Counted from the stretch's first letter, positions 37,870-48,837 are shown. The stretch is DNA of 64,000 nucleotides from Patescibacteria group bacterium (GCA_028717685.1 JAQUNI010000001.1:335451-399450); one strand, 5' to 3'. Made by a program: numbers and translations. Notes: generated from the letters alone by a model not told the origin.

Positions 37870-38291
37870 TCCCAGGCGGGACACTTAACGCGTTAGCTTA
37901 CGACACTGAAGGGGTCGAGCCTCCAATGCCTAGTGTCCATCGTTTACAGCGTGGACTACTGGGATATCTAACCCCATTCGCTCCCCACGCTTTCGTCCTA
38001 TGAGCGTCAGAATCGTTCTAGTAAGCTGCCTTCGCTATTGGTGTTCCTGCCGATATTAACGCATATCACTACTACACCGGCAGTTCCGCTTACTTCTCCC
38101 GACCTCTAGTCTTGAAAGTATCCGACCCTTTCCCTTGGTTAAGCCAAGGTCTTTAAGGTTAGACTTTTCAGACCGCCTAGGGACGCTTTACGCCCAATAA
38201 ATCCGGATAACGCTTGGACCACTCGAATTACCGCGACTGCTGGCACGAGTTTAGTCGGTCCTTATTCGTAGGGTACACTCAACCGCACCTC

Positions 38292-38458
38292 GCTGGGCTC
38301 GGTGGCGGTAATTCCTAATTTCTAATTTTTAATTTCTAATCAAATCCCAATGACCAAATGACCAATGACCAAACTTTAGACATTAGACATTTAGACATTA
38401 GAAATTGATTAGAAATTAGGTCAATTAGGAATTAGAAATTCCGAACCGAACGCAGTGA
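38292..38458 (-). other. IVS-like insertion in the 16S V3 region, with conserved GC-clamp termini.
   Basis: Lies between GGGGAACAAACCGTACCTCACTGCGTTCGG and CCGAGCCCAGCGAGGTGCGGTTGAGTG. AT-rich hairpin core. Confidence 0.65.
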
Positions 38459-38845
38459 GGTACGGTTTGTTCCCCTATAAAAGCAGTTTACACTGAAGAA
38501 CAGCTTCTTCCTGCACGCGGCGTCGCTCCTTCACCCTATTTCGGGCATTGAGGAAGATTCTCGACTGCAGCCTCCCGTAGGAGTCAGGGCAGTGTTTCAG
38601 TCCCCGTGTGCGAGGGCATCCTCTTAGACCTCGTAACCGTCATAGCCTTGGTGAGCCTTTACCCCACCAACTAGCTGATAGTCCGCAGGCCCTTCCTGAA
38701 GCGATAAATCATTTACCATAACTAATGAATAGCTATGGCACATCGGGAATTAGTCCGCCTTTCGGCGAATTATGCCCGTCTTCAGGGTAGGTTACCAACG
38801 TGTTACTCACCCGTTTGCCACTGGCCGCACCTCGCTACGCTCGGG

Positions 38846-38998
38846 CGGAATTTACCAATTTTCAATTTTCAATTTTCAATCAATTTTCAATTTTCAAACA
38901 TTACCGCAACTTAATCTGTTTGAAAATTAAATCATTAATTTATTTGATATTGATTGAAAAATTCGAAAATTTGTAAATTGAAAATTCCGTGCCAAACA
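38846..38998 (-). other. IVS-like insertion in the 16S V1 region with termini similar to the V3 insertion.
   Basis: 5' end GCCTCACTGTGTTTGGCACGGAATTT and 3' end AATTCCGCCCGAGCGTAGCGAGGTGCGG, compared with ACCTCACTGCGTTCGGTTCGGAATTT / AATTACCGCCACCGAGCCCAGCGAGGTGCGG in V3. Confidence 0.65.
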
Positions 38999-39197
38999 CA
39001 GTGAGGCACGGCCCGTTGACTTGCATGCCTTATCCACGCCGCCAGCGTTCATCCTGAGCTAGGATCAAACTCTCAAAAAAGATAATCAGCAATTAACTCA
39101 TAAAAGCTAGATCACTGATTATATAAATAGACGTTCCTATCACTATTTAATTGTCAAGGTTCAAAAATATTTTTGCTCTTGAACTAGAGCATAATTT

Positions 39198-39226
39198 ATA
39201 TTAATCTATGGATAATGGTTTGTCAA
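39198..39226 (-). promoter_or_regulatory. Putative sigma70-type promoter of the 16S rRNA gene.
   Basis: On the minus strand: TTGACA (39221-39226), a 17-bp spacer, then TAATAT (39198-39203), about 115 nt upstream of the 16S 5' end. Confidence 0.5.
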
Positions 39227-39286
39227 GTTTTAAAACAGGGCTAATTTTAGCACAAAATGCAAGCCTTAGATTTATTGCTCAAAACA

Positions 39287-39315
39287 TTGACAAAAGTATT
39301 AAAATGTGCTAAAAT
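39287..39315 (+). promoter_or_regulatory. Putative sigma70 promoter for the 39448 ORF.
   Basis: TTGACA, then a 17 bp spacer, then TAAAAT on the plus strand, followed by a nested palindromic leader (39330-39395) and a strong RBS AAGGAGG (39431-39437). Confidence 0.5.
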
Positions 39316-39447
39316 TAAAGTATTGAAATTCATCATTATTGCGAGGAATCCGCCACCTTTTTTGAAAAAGGTGAGGGGGCTCCTAGCAATGATGAATGTT
39401 CTTATTTTGTACTTTGTCTGTAGTTAGATAATAAGGAGGGATAAAGG

Positions 39448-39708
39448 ATGAATTTGCCGGATTACCGCAAACTCCAAGACTCCCAATGGAAGACCGAGAA
39501 GCCAATGGTTTGGCCCATTGTGCTTCTTATAATTTTCTTGATGGTTTTTTTCGCGATCGGAGCAGGAGTCTGGGTCCATAGCGGCACGAAGGATGGGCTC
39601 GGAAAGGATATTGGCATTGCCGACGCAGTCGGCTTTGCCCTATGGTTTATAATTTTCCGCATCAAACGAGGAGCGGAGAAGGCGAAATTTTACGGGAGAT
39701 ACCGCTAA
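39448..39708 (+). CDS. Small membrane protein (86 aa), hypothetical.
   Basis: Strong Shine-Dalgarno sequence and two hydrophobic helices. Confidence 0.6.
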   Translation: MNLPDYRKLQDSQWKTEKPMVWPIVLLIIFLMVFFAIGAGVWVHSGTKDGLGKDIGIADAVGFALWFIIFRIKRGAEKAKFYGRYR

Positions 39709-39747
39709 ATCTCTCCTCAATCAGCCGTGTTCACAAACGGCTGTTTT

Positions 39748-40422
39748 TTATTTTTTATTTTTCTCCCTCCACTCTTTTATTTTCTGATGATTGCCGGATA
39801 AAAGCACCTGCGGAACTTTCAAGCCTTGAAAATTCTCGGGGCGGGTGTAATGGGGGTATTCAATATTATTTTCGGGCAGAGAAAATGATTCCTCATTCAA
39901 GGATTCCGCGTTGCCTAAAACTCCGGGAATGAGCCGGCTCACTGCGTCCACAATCACCATCGCGGGAAGCTCGCCGCCGGTTAAAACAAAGTTGCCGATG
40001 GATATCTCTTCATCCACAAAATAATCCGCCACTCTTTGATCCACGCCTTCATAATGCCCGCAAACAAAAATCAATTTTTTAAAATGGCTAAGATCGCGAG
40101 CCATTTTCTGGTTAAAAGTCTTGCCACGGCTGGAAAGCAGAATTACCCGGCTGGAAGAATTGTGGCGGGAGATGCCCTCGGGGCTAACTCTCTTCGGGAG
40201 AATCTTTTTTAAAGCGCGATGGATAGGCTCAATTTTCATCACCATCCCAGCGCCGCCTCCGTAGGGCACATCATCCGTGGTTTTATGTTTGTCGCGCGCG
40301 TAATCCCGCAAATTATGAATCTTAATTTTGACCAATCCTTTATTCTGGGCGCGCCCTAAAATACTCCCGCTAAAATAGGAGTCAAAAATTTTGGGGAAGA
40401 TTGTGAGAATGTCAAAAGTCAT
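39748..40422 (-). CDS. trmD: tRNA (guanine37-N1)-methyltransferase TrmD.
   Basis: FDILTIFP, VPYGGGAGMV, FVCGHYEGVDQRV and LTGGELPAMV. Confidence 0.9.
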   Translation of the reverse strand: MTFDILTIFPKIFDSYFSGSILGRAQNKGLVKIKIHNLRDYARDKHKTTDDVPYGGGAGMVMKIEPIHRALKKILPKRVSPEGISRHNSSSRVILLSSRGKTFNQKMARDLSHFKKLIFVCGHYEGVDQRVADYFVDEEISIGNFVLTGGELPAMVIVDAVSRLIPGVLGNAESLNEESFSLPENNIEYPHYTRPENFQGLKVPQVLLSGNHQKIKEWREKNKK

Positions 40423-40611
40423 TGTGTTAGTAATCGGTAATCAGTAATTAGTAATTAGGGAAGATTTTATCGGCCGAAGGCCGATTTGTTTTAGTTACCA
40501 ATTACCAGTTACTAATTACTGATTACTAGTTAATATATCCATTAAACCAAAAACCGCTTGTTTTAGCAAGCGGTCTCTAGCGTATCGAAAGCTTGAATTA
40601 AAAGCTTATCT

Positions 40612-40938
40612 TTACAGTTTCAGATCATCAACTACGTCAGTAGCTTGATCTTTCGGAGCTTCACTTCTGCCACGGCCTCGGGTAGAACCCTCGGGCTCAA
40701 GAATCTTGAGGTTTACACGGGCATTGTTTTTTGCTCCGACCACTCTTAAAAGAGTTCGGATTGAAGATGCAGTCTGGCCGTTGCGTCCGATGATTTGACC
40801 CATATCCGCAGGGTCAACCTCTAAAGTGATCAGCACTCCCATTTCGTCAACTGTGCGATTAGCTTTCACTTTATCCGGATTATCAACTAGCATCTGCACT
40901 ACATACTCCAGGAACTCTAAATCCTTTTCTTTGGCCAT
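40612..40938 (-). CDS. khpA: KH-domain RNA-binding protein (KhpA/YlqC family).
   Basis: GQIIGRNGQTASSIRTLL is a KH motif. The gene sits next to trmD, as in the rpsP-khpA-rimM-trmD cluster (rimM and rpsP are absent here). Confidence 0.7.
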   Translation of the reverse strand: MAKEKDLEFLEYVVQMLVDNPDKVKANRTVDEMGVLITLEVDPADMGQIIGRNGQTASSIRTLLRVVGAKNNARVNLKILEPEGSTRGRGRSEAPKDQATDVVDDLKL

Positions 40939-41060
40939 ACTTCTTTTTGGACTTACTTAACTTATTATTTCAATAAATAAAGTGAAGGTCGACCTAAAAA
41001 GCTTTCACTTTATTCACTGTTAACAAAATACACTATTTTTTCAATTTTGTCAAGGAAAAA

Positions 41061-42470
41061 CTATCTCATCACATTTAAAGGATTGACCGCTCCTTGACTT
41101 GTTCTAATCTCAAGGTGCAAATGAGGACCCGTGGACCAGCCGGTAGAACCCATATAGCCGATTAATTCTCCAGCCTTCACGTTTCCAACAGTCCTTTTAT
41201 AACTGGATAAATGGGCATAAAGCGTTTCAGTACCATTAGGATGAGAAATAATAATGTTTTTACCATAACCGCCTCGCCAACCGGAAAAAGTAATGGAACC
41301 ACTGGCAGCGGCATAAATAGGCGAACCAATATCGCCATCAATATCAACACCATGATGACGATAACTGTAATACTGGTTGATTCTATGTGAAGTCGTAGGC
41401 CAAATCCAACCCCCTTTGCTTTTCGCGGGAATGGAAGGAGATTCCTTTTCCTCATTTTGAGGCTCGTAAACCAAAGCGCGGGAAGATTCTTCGCTCGGCG
41501 CATACTGCGGGGGAGGCGGGATCTTCCCGCCCGGAATCATTAAACTTTGACCGATTTGAATATTCGCCTCACTTCCTAAATTATTATATTCAACAATCTT
41601 CTGGAGATCCCCTTGATAAGTCTTGGAAATTTCACCCAAGGTATCACCGGATTTAACAGTATATAAAACCCCTGAAACGGGAGGAATCTTTAAAATATCG
41701 CCCGGGCGGATATAAGACGTTTCGGAAAGGTTGTTAGCGGAAAGAATAGTGGCTACGCTCAACCCATATTGCAAAGCAATGGAACTTACCGATTCTCCAG
41801 GGGTCACGATGTGCTGCACCACCTCTGTGCGCGCTTCTTCCACGGGTCCGGCTTTTACCTCTTGTTCCAAAAGAGGCAAAGGAATCAAGGCATTACCTTG
41901 CACTGTCGGGAGAGCCGCAGGATCGGATGCGGATCCTCCTCTCTCTTCGCTATTATCCGCCGCAGCCAAAACGGTAGCTGACACTTCCGAGGTGAAACCG
42001 CCTATGCCGCGAGGGAGAGCTTCTGGATCATTGCGGCTTTCCACCAAACGTTCCTCTTCGCTTTTTAAAATACCGCTGAATAAAATACTCGTACCCTGTC
42101 TTTCCTCGCCTTGGTTTTGATCCTTGCGACCCTCTATATTATTCCAAACCACCAATAAAGCAATCAAAATTACCGTTAAATGCACAACATAAGAAGGCGC
42201 GAAGGGGAGAAAATTTCGGGGAGCCTTTTGCAAAGAGCTCCGTTTAATATGATTTTTGAAAAAAATAAAAGACCTTTCTGCTTTCTTTGCTAAACTACCT
42301 GAAAGATGAACCTTATTTATCGTGGGATCAACCTGCACCTGAGAAAGGGTTTTGTCTAATTTTTGATTAAATTGTTTGCCTGCTTCCTCTATTTCTTCTG
42401 GATTTGTCTGATATTGTTTCCTTCTTTTCCTTGCCGTCCAACTTAAGAAAGAAATTATATTTTGAGACAA
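41061..42470 (-). CDS. M23 family metallopeptidase with two LysM domains.
   Basis: Two LysM segments (HIVTPGESVSSIALQYG...; YTVKSGDTLGEISKTYQG...) plus the M23 catalytic HHGVDI...GSTGWSTGPHLHLEI. Confidence 0.85.
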   Translation of the reverse strand: MSQNIISFLSWTARKRRKQYQTNPEEIEEAGKQFNQKLDKTLSQVQVDPTINKVHLSGSLAKKAERSFIFFKNHIKRSSLQKAPRNFLPFAPSYVVHLTVILIALLVVWNNIEGRKDQNQGEERQGTSILFSGILKSEEERLVESRNDPEALPRGIGGFTSEVSATVLAAADNSEERGGSASDPAALPTVQGNALIPLPLLEQEVKAGPVEEARTEVVQHIVTPGESVSSIALQYGLSVATILSANNLSETSYIRPGDILKIPPVSGVLYTVKSGDTLGEISKTYQGDLQKIVEYNNLGSEANIQIGQSLMIPGGKIPPPPQYAPSEESSRALVYEPQNEEKESPSIPAKSKGGWIWPTTSHRINQYYSYRHHGVDIDGDIGSPIYAAASGSITFSGWRGGYGKNIIISHPNGTETLYAHLSSYKRTVGNVKAGELIGYMGSTGWSTGPHLHLEIRTSQGAVNPLNVMR

Positions 42471-42652
42471 TATAACTCACTCCTCTTTAAGCGAATTAGA
42501 TATCCTTAAAATGCATCCAAAACTGCTAATTTATAGCTTAGCATAGGGATTAAACCCTGTCAAAAGATTTATCCCCACTCTTATAGATAGAGAACCATTG
42601 CTCCCTGCACCATACGTGATGCAGTGTTCTATTGTTCAATTGTTAAAATAAA

Positions 42653-43930
42653 TTATTCAGGACACAACATCTTGATTACCTTTTTATTCCGAATTAAACT
42701 CTGAATGTAATCGCGATAGACAGGACTCTTAAACTTATCTTTTGCCTCTGATGTCTTGGGATAAAGTTTCAACATTTCATTTATTTCCGCTTCTATCTCT
42801 TTGTCTGCGACACGGACTTTCTCGCGACGCGCGATTTCCCGCAGTACCAAGCTCGTTTGAATCCTTTTCTCCGCGGCCCTGTCCCAAGCCTGCAACAGAT
42901 CGGCGCGGCTTTTTTTGATGCTTTTTAAATAATCCTCAAACCTGCCTCCTTGACTCTCTATATCTTTCTTTAGTTCCTGCATCATCCTTTCTTTTTCCGC
43001 GTCTAATAGAACAGGAGGGATTTCTATTTTTACCGAAGCGCATACCTTGTCTAAAACTTTGAGTTCATATTTTTCCCGCGCCTTCATTTCTGCCTCTGTT
43101 TGAAGATTTGTCCGCAGTTTCTTTTTTAAAATCGCTAAAGAAGTAAAACGCGGACCTATGCTCTGCGCGAATTCGTCGCTCAATTCAGGGATTTTGACCT
43201 CTTGCACCAGATTCATTTTGACCTTGAAGCGCGCTAAACGCCCGGCGAGACGCTGATGCAAATATTCCTTCGGAAACCTTAAATTAAACGCCTTTTCATC
43301 ACCCTTCTTCATCCCTAGAATTTGATCCTCAAAGCCTGGCACAAATTGCCCTTGCCCTAAAATTAAAGGGTGATTTTGGCTGACTCCCCCCTCAACAAGG
43401 TTGTTTTTAAAATAACATTTGAAGTCAATTTCCACGCGGTCTCCCTTTCGCGCTTCACGGGAAACAGTAATATACGCGGCGCGCATCTCCTGCAACTTCT
43501 TCACCAAGTCCTCTGCGTCTTGCGCCGTCACTTTTTTTACTTTCGGCTTAGCAACTTTTACGTTCTTATAACTGCCTAAAATTACTTCCGGCATCACGGC
43601 TACCACTGCTTTAAAAAGCAAGGGATTGTCCGGCGCTATTTTTAAAATACTTATCTGGGGTTTGCCCAGAACATCCATCTTCTTTTCGGTAAATGCTTCT
43701 TTAAGAAAAGAAGGCAAGCCTAACTTCACGGCTTCTTCCCAAAGCTGCGCCCTGCCCACCTGTCTTTCCACCAATGCTCTAGGAGCGGCGCCGGGGCGAA
43801 ATCCGTTGATTTTGATTCCCCGCGCAATCTCCCGGCTGGCAGATTCTAAAAAGGGCTTAATTTCCTCCGTGTCCACTTCCATATTTAATTCCACTTGCGA
43901 TTGAGGTAATTTTTTGGATTCAATTTTCAT
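42653..43930 (-). CDS. tig: Trigger factor.
   Basis: N-terminal ribosome-binding region with GFRPG, central FKBP-like domain, overall 425 aa layout. Confidence 0.8.
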   Translation of the reverse strand: MKIESKKLPQSQVELNMEVDTEEIKPFLESASREIARGIKINGFRPGAAPRALVERQVGRAQLWEEAVKLGLPSFLKEAFTEKKMDVLGKPQISILKIAPDNPLLFKAVVAVMPEVILGSYKNVKVAKPKVKKVTAQDAEDLVKKLQEMRAAYITVSREARKGDRVEIDFKCYFKNNLVEGGVSQNHPLILGQGQFVPGFEDQILGMKKGDEKAFNLRFPKEYLHQRLAGRLARFKVKMNLVQEVKIPELSDEFAQSIGPRFTSLAILKKKLRTNLQTEAEMKAREKYELKVLDKVCASVKIEIPPVLLDAEKERMMQELKKDIESQGGRFEDYLKSIKKSRADLLQAWDRAAEKRIQTSLVLREIARREKVRVADKEIEAEINEMLKLYPKTSEAKDKFKSPVYRDYIQSLIRNKKVIKMLCPE

Positions 43931-44038
43931 TCTGTTTAATTTTAATCCCCCCTACTTAATCTCTGAAAAGATAAAAAGGAGTGAAAACCCCTTTTTTACC
44001 CGAGAGCGGAGTCCTCCAAAAAAGCTTTGGGGAGTTAT

Positions 44039-46027
44039 TTAATGAATCATTTTAACAAGCAAAGGAGCAATAAGTAAGGCAACAATAGCCATTAGTTTAA
44101 TTAAAATATTCAAGGCGGGACCAGAAGTGTCTTTAAAGGGGTCGCCGACCGTATCGCCCACCACGGCTGCTTTATGGCTATCAGAACCCTTGCCGCCTAA
44201 ATGGCCTTTTTCAATGTATTTCTTGGCATTATCCCAGGCGCCGCCGGCGTTAGCCATCATCACGGCTAGCAAAAATCCAGTTACTGTCGCGCCCGCCAGA
44301 AGACCGCCTAAGGCGGCGGCTCCCATCCCAAAACCAACCACAAGCGGCGCGCCGATAGTGACAATGCTGGGCAGAACCATCTTCTTGAGAGCCGCGCTGG
44401 TGGATATAGAGACACAGCGGCTGTAATCTGGTTTTGCTTTGCCTTCCATTAAACCCTCAATCTCCCGAAATTGGCGGCGCACCTCTGCCACCATTTCCAT
44501 TGCCGCGCTACCGACTGCCCGCATGCTCAAAGCTGAAAAAAAGAAAGGAAGCGCGCCCCCAATAAACATTCCCGCCATCACTCTGGGATCGCTAATATCA
44601 ATAAATTTAAGACCAATACTTTCAGTATAGCTTGCGAATAAAGCTAGAGCGGTCAAAGCAGCGGATCCAATGGCAAATCCTTTACCCATAGCGGCAGTGG
44701 TGTTGCCCACAGCGTCCAGACTTTCGGCGCGCTCTCTCACCTCCCTGCCCATACCCGCCATTTCCGCAATGCCGGCGGCATTATCCGCGACGGGACCATA
44801 GGTATCCGCCGCGAGCGTGATCCCTAAAGTAGAAAGCATACCCACAGCGGCAATGGCAATGCCATACAGGCCAAACAAAGCATAGCTTGCCCAGATGCCT
44901 AAGGCAATCACCAAAACTGGAATAATCGTGCTTAACATCCCCAAAGAAAGTCCTTGAATAATATTGGTAGCCGCTCCCGTCTCTGAACTCTCCGCGATTC
45001 TTTGGGTAGGCTTATTATTATCTGAAGTGTAATATTCGGTCACATAACCAATAATTACGCCTGCCACTACCCCCACTAAGGTGGCGTAAAAAATTTTGAT
45101 GTCGTCAACAATGTGAAAAACCTCTACCACCAAATAAGATCCGACAATCATCAAGAGAGCGGCGCCATAAATGCCGCGATTTAAAATACTGCTCACTTTC
45201 TTGGCACCACGAGAGACCTGAACGATAATGTTGCCAAAAAGGGAAGCTAAAATACCTACTGCGGCTAAAAGCAAGGGCAGAGCTACGGCATCACCCTGCA
45301 AAGTCGCTGGAAAGACCAAAACAGCGATTGCCATCGCCGCAATAATAGAATCCACATAAGATTCGAAAAGATCAGCGCCCATACCCGCCACATCGCCCAC
45401 ATTATCGCCCACATTATCCGCTATTACCGCCGGGTTGCGCGGATCATCCTCGGGAATGCCTTTTTCTATTTTGCCGACTAAATCTGCCCCCACATCCGCG
45501 GCCTTGGTGTAAATCCCGCCTCCTACTCTCGCGAACAAGGCGATGGAAGAAGCGCCAAAGCCAAAACCATAAATAATCCTAGGGTCGCGCACGAGCCAGT
45601 ATAATAAAGCTACGCCCAAAAGCCCCACGGAAACCACGGATAATCCCATCACCGAACCCGAGGAAAAAGCAAGCGACAGACCATCTTTCACGCTTTTTGC
45701 TGAAGCCTGAGCAGTCCGCACATTGGCGCGCGTCGCAATCCGCATGCCGATATTGCCTACCAGCGCCGAAAAAATCGCTCCCAACAAAAAAGCTCCGGCG
45801 GTTTTGTAACCCAACACAATATACAAAACAAAACCAAAAGCTAAAACAAAAACGGCGATGATTTTATACTCTTTATGCAAAAAAGCCATCGCTCCTTCAT
45901 GAATTGCCGCGGCGATCTCGCGCATTTTTTCCGTGCCTGCATCCTGACGCAAAATTTTCATAGCCAGAAAGAAAGCGAACAAAAGACCCAAAAGAGCAAT
46001 AATAACGGAAAAGATAATAGCAGACAT
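44039..46027 (-). CDS. hppA: Membrane-bound proton- or sodium-translocating pyrophosphatase.
   Basis: [26 protein letters not shown] and [14 protein letters not shown] motifs; about 15 transmembrane segments. Confidence 0.9.
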   Translation of the reverse strand: MSAIIFSVIIALLGLLFAFFLAMKILRQDAGTEKMREIAAAIHEGAMAFLHKEYKIIAVFVLAFGFVLYIVLGYKTAGAFLLGAIFSALVGNIGMRIATRANVRTAQASAKSVKDGLSLAFSSGSVMGLSVVSVGLLGVALLYWLVRDPRIIYGFGFGASSIALFARVGGGIYTKAADVGADLVGKIEKGIPEDDPRNPAVIADNVGDNVGDVAGMGADLFESYVDSIIAAMAIAVLVFPATLQGDAVALPLLLAAVGILASLFGNIIVQVSRGAKKVSSILNRGIYGAALLMIVGSYLVVEVFHIVDDIKIFYATLVGVVAGVIIGYVTEYYTSDNNKPTQRIAESSETGAATNIIQGLSLGMLSTIIPVLVIALGIWASYALFGLYGIAIAAVGMLSTLGITLAADTYGPVADNAAGIAEMAGMGREVRERAESLDAVGNTTAAMGKGFAIGSAALTALALFASYTESIGLKFIDISDPRVMAGMFIGGALPFFFSALSMRAVGSAAMEMVAEVRRQFREIEGLMEGKAKPDYSRCVSISTSAALKKMVLPSIVTIGAPLVVGFGMGAAALGGLLAGATVTGFLLAVMMANAGGAWDNAKKYIEKGHLGGKGSDSHKAAVVGDTVGDPFKDTSGPALNILIKLMAIVALLIAPLLVKMIH

Positions 46028-46398
46028 GATTTTTTGAAAAATTTAATAATGATAATCTAAAATTATAGTTTGTATATTTAAAAAGTCAATGTACAATGAA
46101 TCAAAGTCTCACGCTTCGGGTGATCACCCATCAGTCAAGGCAGTAAGAACAAGCATAAATACAAAGCATTTTTTATTTCTTATTTCTTGTTTCTTATTCA
46201 TTTCTTATTTAACTATTTCTTATTTATTTTTAAAAATTCATAAAACAAAAAACAAAAAATAAGAAACGAATAAGAAATAAAAAATACAAAATAAGAAATA
46301 TTAAGAATGCTAAAGAATGAACTCCGCCAACCTCTTTTTACTAAAGTTGCAAAAGGTCAAAGTCTTAAAAAATTAAAAATGGGAATTGCGTTGATAAT

Positions 46399-47649
46399 TT
46401 ATAATCCCTCCTGACTACTTTTCTCCTTTGATTTAGCCTTAGTCTTACTTTTCTTCTCTTTGGATTTCACTTTTTCTTCAACTTTCTTCTCTGCCTCCTT
46501 TTCTGGTTCTTCAGACTTTATTTCTTCCGCCTTGGGTTCTTCTGTTTTTGTTTCTTTTACCTTCGGTTCTTCCACAATTTCCTTTTTCACACTTTCTTTC
46601 TCTACGGCTTTCACATCTATCTTCCAATCCGTGAGCTTGGCGGCGAGGCGCACATTCTGCCCTTCTTTGCCAATCGCCAAAGACAATTGATCGGGTGCGA
46701 CAAAAACGCGAGCCAGCCTTTCTTTTTCATTTAATTGGACACGAGACACTTTAGCCGGAGCAAGGGCATTGGTCACAAAACGCGCCTGATCTTCGCTCCA
46801 TTCAATAATATCAATTTTTTCGCCATTAATTTCATTAATCACGGCTTGCACCCTGGACCCGCGCTGACCTACGCAAGCGCCGATAGGATCCACCTCTCTG
46901 TCGCTGCTTGTAACCGCGATTTTACTGCGCAAACCCGCTTCTCTAGCCACGATTTTAATTTTCACTACCCCAGAATTCACCTCTGGCACTTCCAGACCAA
47001 AAAGGATCTTAATAATTTCCGGGCTGGTGCGCGACAGAATAATTTCCGGCCCCTTCGCTCCCTCCCGCACTTCGGTAATATAAACTTTTAGCCTCTGGTT
47101 CACTTGGTAACGCTCGTTGCGCACCTGCTCCGAAGGCGGAACAAAACCGGTAGTCTGCCCTAAATCCACAAAAATCGTGCTCCCTTCCACTCTTTGGATC
47201 ACTCCGTTCACAAGCTCGCCCTCCCGCCCCTTGAAGGCGAGAAACAGCGCATCGCGCTCGGCTTCGCGAATCCTTTGGATAATTACCTGTTTCGCGGTCT
47301 GGGCTGCCACCCGACCATAATCGCCAGGGGGGTCTATGGGAGTGATAAGCTCATCGCCCACTTTTATTTTTTTCTTCTTTTGCTTGGCCTCCGAGAGAAT
47401 AATCTCTTTCCGCGGATCTTTGATTTCGGCATCGTCCGCCACTACCTCTTTCACGTCAAAAAGGTCAAAATTGCCGGTTTTAGGATTATATTTGGCTCTG
47501 GCATTTTCATTGGGTTTTCCATAATCCTTGCGGTAAGCCGCGGCGAGCGCCGCCTCCACGGTTCCGAAAACGACATCACGGCTAATCCCCTTTTCATCGC
47601 AGATTTGATTAATTGCCGCGTCAAATTCTTTGTTGATAAAATTGTTCAT
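46399..47649 (-). CDS. nusA: Transcription termination/antitermination factor NusA.
   Basis: N-terminal domain, S1 domain (GELVNGVIQRVE) and KH domains (ACVGQRGSRVQAV; IGKEGQNVRLAAKLT), plus a Lys/Glu-rich tail. Confidence 0.9.
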   Translation of the reverse strand: MNNFINKEFDAAINQICDEKGISRDVVFGTVEAALAAAYRKDYGKPNENARAKYNPKTGNFDLFDVKEVVADDAEIKDPRKEIILSEAKQKKKKIKVGDELITPIDPPGDYGRVAAQTAKQVIIQRIREAERDALFLAFKGREGELVNGVIQRVEGSTIFVDLGQTTGFVPPSEQVRNERYQVNQRLKVYITEVREGAKGPEIILSRTSPEIIKILFGLEVPEVNSGVVKIKIVAREAGLRSKIAVTSSDREVDPIGACVGQRGSRVQAVINEINGEKIDIIEWSEDQARFVTNALAPAKVSRVQLNEKERLARVFVAPDQLSLAIGKEGQNVRLAAKLTDWKIDVKAVEKESVKKEIVEEPKVKETKTEEPKAEEIKSEEPEKEAEKKVEEKVKSKEKKSKTKAKSKEKSSQEGL

Positions 47650-47798
47650 AAAGACATTTTAATTTTTAGAATGTTGTAAAAAATAATTTTATAAAAATAT
47701 CCTGTCCAAAACAGGATTTGCTGACCATTCACAATCTCACTATTTGAAGTATAGCACAGGGCTTTAAAAAGGCAACTATTTCATTGTTTTATTGCTTG

Positions 47799-47822
47799 CC
47801 CTGCACCACGTAGGGTGCAGGG
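47799..47822. repeat. Perfect palindrome CCCTGCACCACGTAGGGTGCAGGG upstream of nusA, flanked by CAATGAAACAATG-type AT repeats.
   Basis: A second copy (CCCTGCGCCACGTAGGGTGCAGGG) lies at 61119-61142 upstream of infB, and a variant at 42603-42626. Confidence 0.75.
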
Positions 47823-47915
47823 CTCAATTGTTCTATTGTTGATCACATCGTTTTTTAAGAGCAATGCTTTAATAATAACCAAACAATTGAACAATGAAAC
47901 AATGAAGCAATGGAA

Positions 47916-48347
47916 TTATTCTTCCACCGCATTCTTAAAATGTTCCAAGTGCGCCGACCTTTTCGGATAATCCAAAGTAATGCCGACCACGTCAATGCGA
48001 AAATCCTGTTCCATTCCTTTATGATTCAGATAAGCGTAAGCGGTCTTTAATAATTTTCTTTGTTTAAAAAAATCAACCGCTTCCTGCGGTTCGCCAAAAT
48101 CCCCATCTGTCCTTGTCTTAACCTCCACAAAAACCAACATCTTGGCTTTCTTGTCCCAAGCTAAAATATCAATCTCCCCCTCTCTATTTTGAAAATTGCG
48201 CTCCAAAATTTTATAGCCTTTTTTCTCCAGATAACGACAAGCCAAATTCTCGCCTAGCCTCCCCACTCTTTGCTTCCTCAACATAATCCTAAAATTATTT
48301 TTTGTAGACCAACGCGTAATGATAAGGGCTCGGATCCCAAGAATCAA
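47916..48347 (-). CDS. YraN family (UPF0102) endonuclease.
   Basis: RLGENLACRYLEKKGYKILERNFQ..GEIDILAWDK..LVFVEVKTR. Confidence 0.8.
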   Translation of the reverse strand: MILGIRALIITRWSTKNNFRIMLRKQRVGRLGENLACRYLEKKGYKILERNFQNREGEIDILAWDKKAKMLVFVEVKTRTDGDFGEPQEAVDFFKQRKLLKTAYAYLNHKGMEQDFRIDVVGITLDYPKRSAHLEHFKNAVEE

Positions 48348-48837
48348 GCAAATCTAAGCCCAAATCTTGAGCAAGCTCCTTCACCTTGTGTTCTGAAATT
48401 CTATTGTTCGGCAAAGGCCCAAAGGGCAAATCCTGGAGTTTCCAATCAATGATTAAAATCTTGCCATCTTCCTTGGTGATCCGTTTCGCCTCTTTGAAAA
48501 TTTCCTGTGGTTTATCGTTTTGAAACAAAACGTCAACCAGCATAGCTAAGTCCAAAGTGTTATCGGGTAACTTTGTACTTTGATAAACCTCCAAGTCCGC
48601 CCAAACCATTTTTACAATATCATCCAAACCCTCCATATGCGCCTTATCTTCCACCCCCGATAAAGCAGAGTGCTGAATATCAATAGCATAAGCCACCCCT
48701 TTCTCGCCAACAATCTTTGCCGCCGGCAGGATGAAAAAACCCGCCCCGCAGCCTAAATCCGCGGTTTTCATTCCTTGTTTTAAACCCACGCGGTCTAAAA
48801 CTTCTTCTGGTTTAATAAAACCTTCAATTCTAGGCAT
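48295..48837 (-). CDS. Class I SAM-dependent methyltransferase.
   Basis: DLGCGAGFF motif I. Its 3' end overlaps the yraN start by 53 nt. Confidence 0.7.
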   Translation of the reverse strand: MPRIEGFIKPEEVLDRVGLKQGMKTADLGCGAGFFILPAAKIVGEKGVAYAIDIQHSALSGVEDKAHMEGLDDIVKMVWADLEVYQSTKLPDNTLDLAMLVDVLFQNDKPQEIFKEAKRITKEDGKILIIDWKLQDLPFGPLPNNRISEHKVKELAQDLGLDLLDSWDPSPYHYALVYKK

